DNA of 64,000 bases from Octopus bimaculoides (taxonomy: Eukaryota). Positions 26,359-36,990 of the stretch are shown one piece after another. Within the stretch, counting starts at the first letter, position 1; each line of letters opens with the position of its first letter. The stretch lies in the NCBI RefSeq assembly GCF_001194135.2, contig NC_068985.1, positions 18,671,166 through 18,735,165 on the forward strand, given 5' to 3'. A program made the translations under genes and the position numbers. A model generated the notes under the pieces. That model did no database searches, was not told where the DNA came from, and saw only the letters and a program-made list of their open reading frames with translations.

Positions 26359-26519
26359 TTATTGAAATTGAAGGTGAGAGTCTGTCTCACAACTTGAGTT
26401 CCATGCCATTGCGATCTTCAGGTGAAGATTTACCCCAATATTTACTATTGTCTTGGCTAAAGATTGCAGTAGTTTGAAACTCAAGTTGCAAGACAAATAC
26501 TCAGTTTCAATTTCAATAA
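26359..26519. repeat. Fold-back
   Basis: 44-nt arms (26359-26402, 26476-26519) with 8 mismatches, and further pairing in the spacer. Confidence 0.75.
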
Positions 26520-26587
26520 AATAACCATATCCTCTACAACATGTATTGAGCACTCCTTTCTTATTTGTTCCACATAAAGCATGTATA

Positions 26588-26633
<46 letters not shown>

Positions 26634-28764
26634 CACACATTTCCACTATTTTCAAATGATTTTGATGTATGAGAAATTAAGAAAACCAAAAGATACAACT
26701 AGCCAAATTATTATAAATATTGACATACTCAACTGCGTGTATCCCTTTGCTAGTGCTGCACAGCATCCTTGCCAAAAACCCAGTCTACCAAGATGTGAAT
26801 AAATACTATAAAAATTTAAAGCTTAAGGCTTACTTTAAAGCTGATAACTGTCTCTGCTGTTTTAATCAGCAGAAGAGCTTTATNNNNNNNNNNNNNNNNN
26901 NNNNNNNNNNNNNNNNNNNNNNNNNNNNNNNNNNNNNNNNNNNNNNNNNNNNNNNNNNNNNNNNNNNNNNNNNNNNNNNNNNNNNNNNNNNNNNNNNNNN
27001 NNNNNNNNNNNNNNNNNNNNNNNNNNNNNNNNNNNNNNNNNNNNNNNNNNNNNNNNNNNNNNNNNNNNNNNNNNNNNNNNNNNNNNNNNNNNNNNNNNNN
27101 NNNNNNNNNNNNNNNNNNNNNNNNNNNNNNNNNNNNNNNNNNNNNNNNNNNNNNNNNNNNNNNNNNNNNNNNNNNNNNNNNNNNNNNNNNNNNNNNNNNN
27201 NNNNNNNNNNNNNNNNNNNNNNNNNNNNNNNNNNNNNNNNNNNNNNNNNNNNNNNNNNNNNNNNNNNNNNNNNNNNNNNNNNNNNNNNNNNNNNNNNNNN
27301 NNNNNNNNNNNNNNNNNNNNNNNNNNNNNNNNNNNNNNNNNNNNNNNNNNNNNNNNNNNNNNNNNNNNNNNNNNNNNNNNNNNNNNNNNNNNNNNNNNNN
27401 NNNNNNNNNNNNNNNNNNNNNNNNNNNNNNNNNNNNNNNNNNNNNNNNNNNNNNNNNNNNNNNNNNNNNNNNNNNNNNNNNNNNNNNNNNNNNNNNNNNN
27501 NNNNNNNNNNNNNNNNNNNNNNNNNNNNNNNNNNNNNNNNNNNNNNNNNNNNNNNNNNNNNNNNNNNNNNNNNNNNNNNNNNNNNNNNNNNNNNNNNNNN
27601 NNNNNNNNNNNNNNNNNNNNNNNNNNNNNNNNNNTTTCAACAGTATCATACTTCAGATTAGATATCAAATGAACAAAGGTTCATGATAAGCTGCCGAACT
27701 ACAGACCAATTATTATGGTATTGTAATAACATAGAGATTCAGGATTCAGGAATAACAGATTAAGACATTTATGAAGAAATATCATGTATAGAACTTTGTT
27801 TTTAAGGCTTTCCCAAAATTCTTCATTTTCTTCCCTAAATCCTTCACATTACTTTTCATACCAGCAGTTGAACTATCATTGGAGTGTTCATAGACCCGTG
27901 TTAAAAACAATTCTAGAAAAGAAAAAGAAATAGAGGGGGAAAAGTGGTGTTAGAAAAACATTTTGTACATCAAAACAAAAATAATAAATAGAAATAAAAG
28001 AAGAAAAAACATGTAAAAAGCGCCCAGTACACTCTGTAAAGTAGCTGACGTTAGGAAGGGCATCCTGCAATAGGAATCATACCAAAACAGAGATCTCACT
28101 GGCGGTGGTACCATGTAAAAAGCACTTAGTCCACTCTGTGAAGAGTTTGGCATTAGGGAGAGTATCCAGTTGTAGAAACCAAGCCAAAACAGACAGTGAA
28201 GTCCAGTTCAGCACTCTGGCTTACCAGTTCCACTCAAACCATCCAACCTGTGCCAGCATGGAAGATGGACATATGATGATGATGATGAAGATAATGAAAA
28301 GTCAAAAATTTCCCAATGAAACATTCCACTCATTTGATCATTTTATGTATGCTTTACAATGCTAAGAATAAGGCGGTGCTCCAGCATGGCTGCAGTCAAA
28401 TGACTAAAGCAAATAAAAGAATAAAAGGATGTACATTGTTTTGTCTTGTTATAAAAAGATGGGTTACAGAAAATATTCTGCTCAATACCACAGATTTGCT
28501 TGTCAGTTGTTTGACCTTAACCAGTTGAGCATGTCCCTTGGTGGCTGACGATACGTGCATCTCTGATCACGAGCAGTGGGGGAGCATCATAAACATGTGT
28601 TGAGAGGAATTCTTTGGGGTTTGGATAATTCACCTCTGGAAACATGGGTGTTTTGTTCAACATTCTTAAACAACCCTTATTCAGGGACCTTCTGAACAGG
28701 ATGGGCTACTCAACCTGAAGAAAATTCTAGCTGGGCCCCACTTGCAAGGTCATGCACTGTTTAT

Positions 28765-29340
28765 ATCAGTTGTGGTGTGCAAGAGAGACGATTGCGCTGG
28801 TATGGACATGTGGTGAGAATGGATGAGGATAGCTGCGTGAAAAAGTGCCACACCATAACAGTTGAGGGAACCCGTGGAAGAGGTAGGCCCCGGAAGACCT
28901 GGGCTGAGGTGGTGAGGCAAGACCTTCGTACATTGGGCCTCACCGAGGCGATGACTACTGACCGAGACCTTTGNNNNNNNNNNNNNNNNNNNNNNNNNTG
29001 CACCATTTTGAGCGTGGCTGTTGCCAGTACCGCCTGACTGGCTCCTGTAGGATTTTCGAGCGAGATCGTTGCCAGTGCCCCTGGACTGGCTTGTGCGGGT
29101 GGCACATCAAAGACACCATTTCGAGCGTGGCCGTTTTCGTGCGGGTGACACGTAAAAGCACCCACTACACTCTCTGAGTGGTTGGCGTTAGGAAGGGCAT
29201 CCAGCTGTAGAAACTCTGCCAAATTAGATTGGAGCCTGGTGTTGCCATCCGGTTTCACCAGTCCTCAGTCAAATCGTCCAACCCATGCTAGCATGGAAAG
29301 CGGACGTTAAACGATGATGATGATGATGATGATGATGATG
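28765..29340 (+). mobile_element. 5'-truncated RTE LINE
   Basis: QERRLRWYGHVVRMDEDSCVKKC..RGRGRPRKTW, then tail. Contains a small N gap. Confidence 0.9.
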
Positions 29341-29836
29341 AGATTATACTATGTCATACACATATGGTTGTGATACATGTACCTGGAGTACCCTTATCAG
29401 ATATGATGGGTATACTGGGCTGCATACATTTGTACTCCAGTGTCACTTTGATGGCATGCGCTGCTCTCTTTCTCATAATAATGATGATGATGATGATGAT
29501 GATGGATGGATGGATGTTTATGAAGTACCAGACTGGATTTGAACTTGAAACTTTTATTTCTGGACTATAAGTAAAAATAATCTTATCCACTGCAAGTTGT
29601 ATACAATGACTAAAGTGGATAACAACATTATTACTCTTAGTTGTAAAGTAAAAGTTCCTAATTTTAATCCAGACAGCTTCTGTATATACATCAAAAAAGG
29701 AATAAGACATCAAATGCAGATCAGAGAACAAATTGATAAGAAAAAATTACTGTAGAAATTCATAGTGAATATTTTTCTTTCCTGAAGATGAAGCTGATAG
29801 TTTGAAAAATTACAAAATTAACAATCTAGTATATGT

Positions 29837-30069
29837 TATTTCTTTACTACCCACAAGGGGCTACACACAGAGGGGACAAACAAGGACAGACAAACGGATT
29901 AAGTCGATTACATCGGCCCCAGTGCGTAACTGGTACTTATGTAATCGACCCCGAAAGGATGAAAGGCAAAGTCGACCTTGGCGGAATTTGAACTCAGAAC
30001 ATAGCGGCAGACGAAATACCGCTAAGCATTTCGCCCGGCGTGCTAACGTTTCTGCCAGCTCACCGCCTT
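29837..30069 (-). mobile_element. Young SINE family A with 16-bp TSD
   Basis: TSD ACAATCTAGTATATGT (29821-29836, 30070-30085). Near-identical to 2169-2400 and 40965-41203. Confidence 0.93.
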
Positions 30070-30599
30070 ACAATCTAGTATATGTAACTTAGGTTGCAAG
30101 TCCATGAGAGATGCTACTACAGAGCAAATACTGTAGTAACTGGGCTATTGGCTGTGTGTATACATTAAGTATGATACATGGATGACAAATTTCAGTAAAT
30201 ACTGCTGTAATTGCATATACCAAATTTTTAATCAGCCAGGTAGCTGTTCACAATATTAATGATTGTTTTATTCACATTTCTTATGTTAGAGACAACAAAT
30301 TCTCAACTGAGAATGTTGCTGCCTGCAAGTGTTTGCAATTGAAAAGGTCCAAAAACATTGAAATGCTTTTGGTTTTCCCAATGGCTGCTATTGCAAGGAG
30401 TTTTCACCTCTCTCTCTGGTATCAAAGAGGTCAATAAATTAAGTACCAGTTGCATACTGGGGTTGATCTAATTGACAGGCCCCCCCTCCCTAAAAATTTC
30501 AGGCCTTGTGCCTAGAGTAGAAAAGAAAATTTATCACTTAAACATGGATGTTCTGTTAGAACAAACTAAGTTGTGGTAGTTACAATGAGGAAAACTCCA

Positions 30600-30744
30600 A
30601 TATTGGCTTTTTGGTGTAAAATGCACTCTTGTCTATATTGCTAGCAGAGAGAAGGAACGTCAAAATCTGGCGGTCTTGGTGGCAGATATTTATCTCCCTG
30701 CTAGCGGTATAAACAAGAGTGCATTTTGCACCAAAAGACAATAT
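30600..30744. repeat. Long hairpin/fold-back
   Basis: 53-nt and 52-nt arms (30600-30652, 30693-30744) with 6 substitutions and 1 gap; 40-nt loop. Confidence 0.85.
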
Positions 30745-31194
30745 GAGAGTTTCTCTCTTGGTATCTACTGCAGCATAGTTCTAAAAGAACATCCATGTTT
30801 AAGTGAGGATAAATATTACCTCTCAGTATTAACACTGCCTCTGTTGCTAATAGATATTTTTTAACAATCTTTCTGATATTTATTGTTTTTAACACAAGTC
30901 CATAAGAGATGTTACCTCAGGACAAATACTAGAGTAACTGGCTTATCAACTGTGTATATATATTAAGTATGGTACATGGATGGCTATTCACAAAATTAAC
31001 AATTCATCTCTGACATGAATATGAAAATAGTAATAGTATGCCAGCTAAAGGTCTTTTGATTCTGAACTCTTTGCCTGCTCTATGTATCACAAGTGATGTA
31101 CAGGATATATTTCTCCAAAGTCCATGTATCACACATGATACACAGTCCCAATTTTTTTTCAACTATCAATGTATTTTTTTACTTAAGCGAAACC

Positions 31195-31603
31195 GTCCAA
31201 GCTGTCTGGCTTCTGTGCCAGTGGCACGTGAATAGCACCATTTGAGCGTGATCGCTACCAGCATCGCTTTCCTGACACTTGTGCCGGTGGCACGTGAAAA
31301 GACATTCGAGCGAGGTCGTTGCCAGTGCCGCTGGACTGGCTCCTGTGCAGGTGGCACATAAAATACACCATTTTGAGCATGGCCGTTGCCAGTACCGCCT
31401 CACTGGCCTTCGTGCCAGTGGCACGTAAAAGCACCCACTACACTCTCAGAGTGGTTGGCGTTAGGAAGGGCATCCAGCTGTAGAAACTCTGCCAAATCAG
31501 ATTGGAGCCTGGTGTAGCCATCTGGTTCACCAGTCCTCAATCAAACCGTCCAACCCATGCTAGCATGGAAAGCGGACGTTAAACGATGATGATGATGATG
31601 ATG
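31195..31603 (+). mobile_element. RTE 3' UTR with four 64-67 bp modules
   Basis: GTGGCAC at 31221, 31287, 31351 and 31418, followed by the standard tail. Confidence 0.85.
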
Positions 31604-31791
31604 ACAGGAAAGCTTTATGTTACTTGGAATGTATAAAACTAACNNNNNNNNNNNNNNNNNNNNNNNNNNNNNNNNNNNNNNNNNNNNNNNNNNNNNNNNN
31701 NNNNNNNNNNNNNNNNNNNNNNNNNNNNNNNNNNNNNNNNNNNNNNNNNNNNNNNNNNNNNNNNNNNNNNNTAATGATAAATTTGTCTTAC

Positions 31792-31912
31792 CTAATGAAC
31801 TAGATCTCTCTAAGAGGGAGTGTTTGAACACATCAAACATCTGTGTTTCCGTGAACCATTCTAGGAATTTACGGATGCTTTTTGAATTCACACTCCGAAT
31901 AAATAGTTCTTT
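31792..31912 (-). CDS. DENND2: DENND2-family exon (dDENN), last coding exon recognised
   Basis: polyT-cag acceptor, gtaaga donor. KELFIRSVNSKSIRKFLEWFTETQMFDVFKHSLLERSSSL(G) contains SKS.R.FLE.F.ETQMF. Phase 0/1 with no stop, so a further exon must exist. Confidence 0.93.
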
Positions 31913-32292
31913 CTGAAAAAAAAAAAAAAATGAAAAATGAAAAATAAAATTATGACAGACAACAAAATAAAATTCGTCTTCAGCATTTTCATTTCAGGCA
32001 TGGCTGTGTAGTTGAGAAGTTTGCTTTCCAACCACTCTACTGAGTGGTTGGTGTTAGGAAGGGCATCCAGCTGTAAAAACCCTGCCAAAACAGTTACAGA
32101 AGTCTGGTGCAGGCTTCTGCCTGGCCAGCTCCTGTCAAACCGTCCCACCCAAGCCAGCATGGAAGGTGGATATTAAACAATGGTGATGATGGTCTCAGGT
32201 TCAGTCCCACTGTGTGGCACCTTGGATAAGTGTCTTCTACTATAGCCCCAGGCTGACCAAAGCCTTGTGAGGGGATTTGATAAACTGAAAGA

Positions 32293-32332
<40 letters not shown>

Positions 32333-32639
32333 ACATCCTCTTGCCTTGACTTCGCATGATAGTCATAAATGAGTGTCACAATCATACAAGTTTCCATTCT
32401 CACATGTAAACATGTTCAGTTATTGGGGAATATTACATTTCTTGGAAACAGGTGAAGGTTGGCAGCAGGTAGGGCATCCAGCTGTAGAAAATCTTCATTA
32501 ACTAATTCCATCCAACCCATATAGGTATGGAAAAGTGGACAATAAAACAACAATGATGGTGATGATGATGATAATGATGACAACAATCCAATTTCCATGT
32601 TGAACAGTTTGAATTGTGTATGTAGTAGGGAGGTATTTC

Positions 32640-32792
32640 ATCATCCTCATCATTTAACGTCCGCTTTCCATGCTAGCATGGGTTGGACGATTTGACTGAG
32701 GACTGGTGAAACCGGATGGCAACACCAGGCTCCAATCTGATTTGGCAGAGTTTCTACAGCTGGATGCCCTTCCTAACGCCAACCACTCAGAG
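32640..32792 (-). mobile_element. Young RTE tail
   Basis: Reverse complement matches 31445-31590 with about 7 differences in about 145 nt (hand count). Confidence 0.88.
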
Positions 32793-33625
32793 AATTACTT
32801 TATATTTCTTTATGACATTTTTCATCAATTTATACAGAATCAGATTTCAAAATGACAATTCTTCCACATTAAAAAATTTTACCATTTTCTTTCATTACCA
32901 TAAATTCAGATTTTATCGGGTTACTTTAACTTAATTATTCATTTTCAATAAAGAAGACAAATGCTGCTTGTCATTTCAAAGTGGTTGGCATTAGGAAGGG
33001 CATCCAGCCATCAAAACCATGCCAAAACAGGCACGGAGCCTAGGCAGCTCTTCAGCTGGCCAGCTCCTGGCAAACCATCCAAACCATGCCAGCATGGAAA
33101 AACGGACATTAAATGATGATGATGATGATGATGGTGAAGATGTTGATAAACTGAAGGAATAAGATGAGTTGGTAAAGTTAGTGCAGGTTTCCTTTCAATG
33201 GTTGCAATTTGATAAATCATTATCGTCATTGTTATCATGGCTTGTTTAGATCCAAGTGGAAGATAGACCCTTGATAGCAGTCTGCCAACATGGTCTGCAC
33301 AGTGGTTTTCTTTTCCTTTCATTTATTTCCATGTATCTTTGTCACCTTCAATTCCTCTTTAGCCAATCACCACCAGGTGATGATCTTCAGGTGTCCTGTT
33401 TTCTTTATCCTCTTTTGGTTCCAACCTAAGGTTTTACCTTGTCACAGCACTAAATACTACGATGAACTTGACACTGCTATTGAAAATCCTTAGTTTAACT
33501 CAAGGCCTGTCCCATGTACCACACGTAATACGCAGGACATATTTCCAGGAATCTATGCATCATATATGAAACACATTCCCCAAAGTATAGGTATAGTATG
33601 TTTGCCGTGAAAAAACATTCTAAAC

Positions 33626-33671
33626 AAAACTGTCTGACGAATGGGAATATGAAACTCTGAGTAACAGTTTT
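33626..33671 (+). ncRNA. Minimal type I hammerhead ribozyme motif (Penelope-associated type)
   Basis: AAAACTGT-CTGACGA-ATG(GGAA)TAT-GAAA-CT(CTG)AG-TA^-ACAGTTTT. It has an 8-bp helix I, an intact core, and short helices II and III. Confidence 0.75.
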
Positions 33672-34246
33672 TGTGATATTGTTGCTGCTTTTCAATAAAG
33701 TATATATATATATATATNNNNNNNNNNNNNNNNNNNNNNNNNNNNNNNNNNNNNNNNNNNNNNNNNNNNNNNNNNNNNNNNNNNNNNNNNNNNNNNNNNN
33801 NNNNNNNNNNNNNNNNNNNNNNNNNNNNNNNNNNNNNNNNNNNNNNNNNNNNNNNNNNNNNNNNNNNNNNNNNNNNNNNNNNNNNNNNNNNNNNNNNNNN
33901 NNNNNNNNNNNNNNNNNNNNNNNNNNNNNNNNNNNNNNNNNNNNNNNNNNNNNNNNNNNNNNNNNNNNNNNNNNNNNNNNNNNNNNNNNNNNNNNNNNNN
34001 NNNNNNNNNNNNNNNNNNNNNNNNNNNNNNNNNNNNNNNNNNNNNNNNNNNNNNNNNNNNNNNNNNNNNNNNNNNNNNNNNNNNNNNNNNNNNNNNNNNN
34101 NNNNNNNNNNNNNNNNNNNNNNNNNNNNNNNNNNNNNNNNNNNNNNNNNNNNNNNNNNNNNNNNNNNNNNNNNNNNNNNNNNNNNNNNNNNNNNNNNNNN
34201 NNNNNNNNNNNNNNNNNNNNNNNNNNNNNNNNNNNNNNNNNNNNNN

Positions 34247-34400
34247 NTAACAACAGACGAGGACAGGTGGTGTAAATAACAAAAGTATATATTAGTATGA
34301 CGCTCGGGAATACGGAAAGTCTTTGACGTTTCGAGCTACGCTCTTCAACAGAAAGAATACGGAGACAAGGAGAAAAACACGGAGAAAAAAAATTGAATAG
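34247..34400 (-). mobile_element. Penelope-like terminal repeat with hammerhead-like motif; decayed copy on + at about 38690-38850
   Basis: The minus strand reads TCTTT-CTGTTGA-AGAGC(GTA)GCTC-GAA-ACGT-C-AAAGA. The 38690 copy ends in (TA)n; this copy runs into an N gap. Confidence 0.6.
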
Positions 34401-34659
34401 TGTTCAGTCAACGGAAAATACACACACTTTACATAGTTTTAATATAATTTTTAATATATCGACTGGTTTCGCCTGGGTGCTATAGTAGAAGTCCCATACA
34501 CCGCAGTGGATCTGAATCCAAGACCACAAGGTTAGGAAACAAACTTCTCAACCACACAGCAACACCTGCACCCTGTTTATTTCTATATAAAACAAAAGAC
34601 AACATTCAGCAAACCCAAATGTCTTTTTTTCCAAAAGATATTCGAATATAATTTGTTAC

Positions 34660-34778
34660 CTGAAAAACTTTTTCTCCATTTTGTTGGGTGAGAATGTAAG
34701 ATTCAGTATGACCAACCATTTCAACAAATAAACGAAGAAAAGCTTCAGAAATCATAAGGTTCTTTGACCCATCAGTAT
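34660..34778 (-). CDS. DENND2: DENND2-family exon (dDENN)
   Basis: ttttcatttag acceptor, gtaaca donor. DTDGSKNLMISEAFLRLFVEMVGHTESYILTQQNGEKVFQ contains SEAF.R.FVE.VGH. Phase 1/0. Confidence 0.93.
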
Positions 34779-35357
34779 CTAAATGAAAAGGAAAAAAAAT
34801 TATGAGCAAAACACGTAGAAATGTTCAAATATAACATTTAATAAAACGAAATATTAAATAAATTTTCTGTACAAATCCAAGAAGAATGTTAGGTTGCTTA
34901 ACTACAGACACTTCAATCTGTTACTAATTATTAATAAATATATATTTATGTCTATGTATTCGTTTTTGCAAGATTCTTGATGTAAAATCATGTGTTGAAA
35001 CAGATATTGTTATACTTGCAGATGGTCGTCTTTTTGCCAATTAAACACACACTCTATATATTTGATCTTCACTTTCTTATTATCATCATCATCATTATTA
35101 TTATTATTATTACAATTATTATTATTATTATTATTATTAATAATAAGGCAGCGAGCTGGCAGAATCGTTAGCACACCATTTGAAATGCTTAATGGTATTT
35201 TGCTTGTTGCTACTTTCTGAGTTCAAATTCTGCTGAGGTCAACTGTGCCTTTCATCCTTTTGGGGTCAATTAAATAAATACCAGTTACACACTGGGGTTA
35301 ATGTAATCAACTTAATCCTCTCCCCCAAGCTACCCTTGTGGTAAAAATTTGAAATCA

Positions 35358-35403
<46 letters not shown>

Positions 35404-36477
35404 GGTGGCAGGCTGGCAGAATTGTTAGCATGCTGGACAAAATGCTTAGTGGTGTTTCGTCCACCACTACATTCAGAGTTCAAATTCCGCCAATGTTGAC
35501 TTTGTCTTTCATCCTTTCAGGGTCAATAAATTAAGTACCTGTTGAATATTAGGGTGAATGTAATCGACTCATCCCCTACCCCAAAATTGCTGCCCATGTG
35601 GTAAAACTTGAAACCATTATTATTATTATTATTATTATTATTNNNNNNNNNNNNNNNNNNNNNNNNNNNNNNNNNNNNNNNNNNNNNNNNNNNNNNNNNN
35701 NNNNNNNNNNNNNNNNNNNNNNNNNNNNNNNNNNNNNNNNNNNNNNNNNNNNNNNNNNNNNNNNNNNNNNNNNNNNNNNNNNNNNNNNNNNNNNNNNNNN
35801 NNNNNNNNNNNNNNNNNNNNNNNNNNNNNNNNNNNNNNNNNNNNNNNNNNNNNNNNNNNNNNNNNNNNNNNNNNNNNNNNNNNNNNNNNNNNNNNNNNNN
35901 NNNNNNNNNNNNNNNNNNNNNNNNNNNNNNNNNNNNNNNNNNNNNNNNNNNNNNNNNNNNNNNNNNNNNNNNNNNNNNNNNNNNNNNNNNNNNNNNNNNN
36001 NNNNNNNNNNNNNNNNNNNNNNNNNNNNNNNNNNNNNNNNNNNNNNNNNNNNNNNNNNNNNNNNNNNNNNNNNNNNNNNNNNNNNNNNNNNNNNNNNNNN
36101 NNNNNNNNNNNNNNNNNNNNNNNNNNNNNNNNNNNNNNNNNNNNNNNNNNNNNNNNNNNNNNNNNNNNNNNNNNNNNNNNNNNNNNNNNNNNNNNNNNNN
36201 NNNNNNNNNNNNNNNNNNNNNNNNNNNNNNNNNNNNNNNNNNNNNNNNNNNNNNNNNNNNNNNNNNNNNNNNNNNNNNNNNNNNNNNNNNNNNNNNNNNN
36301 NNNNNNNNNNNNNNNNNNNNNNNNNNNNNNNNNNNNNNNNNNNNNNNNNNNNNNNNNNNNNNNNNNNNNNNNNNNNNNNNNNNNNNNNNNNNNNNNNNNN
36401 NNNNNNNNNNNNNNNNNNNNNNNNNNNNNNNNNNNNNNNNNNNNNNNNNNNNNNNNNNNNNNNNNATATACATATAT

Positions 36478-36642
36478 ACGACGGGCTTCTTTCAGTTTCT
36501 GTCTACCAAATCCACTCACAAGGCTTTGGTCAGCCCGAGGCTATAGTAGAAGACACTTGCCCAAGGTGCCACGCAGTGGGACTGAACCCGGAACCATGTG
36601 GTTGGTAAGCAAGCTACTTACCACACAGCCACTCCTGCGCCT
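36478..36642 (-). mobile_element. tRNA-derived CORE-like SINE (family C), young
   Basis: Head TGGCTGTGTGGTAAG..GGTTCAGTCCC and CORE-like CCTTGGGCAAGTG. Other copies at about 555-690, 1470-1612, 8190-8353, 20885-21048, 32195-32300, 34460-34570, 54995-55153 and 61538-61697. Confidence 0.85.
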
Positions 36643-36900
36643 ATTTGTAAAAAAAAAAAAAAAAAAAAGAACTGTACAAATGGTGTAATATAAAAACCCA
36701 TACACACACATGCAAGACACGCATGCTAAACAGGCACAGACACAGATGTAAACGCATGCACAGATAGGGACACATACCATATCATCATCATCAGAAAGAC
36801 AAAATGAAATAGGTAGGACAAGAGGAAACATGTGGTGCAGAGAGTCACAGAATGTGTAATGAAAGAAAAAGCAACAATAAAGCAAAAGTGAACATCAAAT

Positions 36901-36990
36901 GGCATAACTACAGGGTTTTACCCAAAAAATTCATTTTTCTGAAAGTTATGACCTCTCAAAGTCTGGGGGGTAAAACCCTGTAGTTATGCC
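36901..36990. mobile_element. 90-bp MITE with 23-bp perfect TIR and 8-bp TSD
   Basis: TIR GGCATAACTACAGGGTTTTACCC; TSD CATCAAAT (36893-36900, 36991-36998). Confidence 0.9.

Noticed and set aside
31221-31435. Periodic 64-67 bp repeats resembling a CRISPR array
   Set aside because: The inter-repeat segments are related to each other, the array sits inside an RTE 3' UTR, and there are no cas genes.
24740-36608. Long ORFs in the track (for example 26720-27661, 35598-36608)
   Set aside because: They are made of X residues from N gaps.
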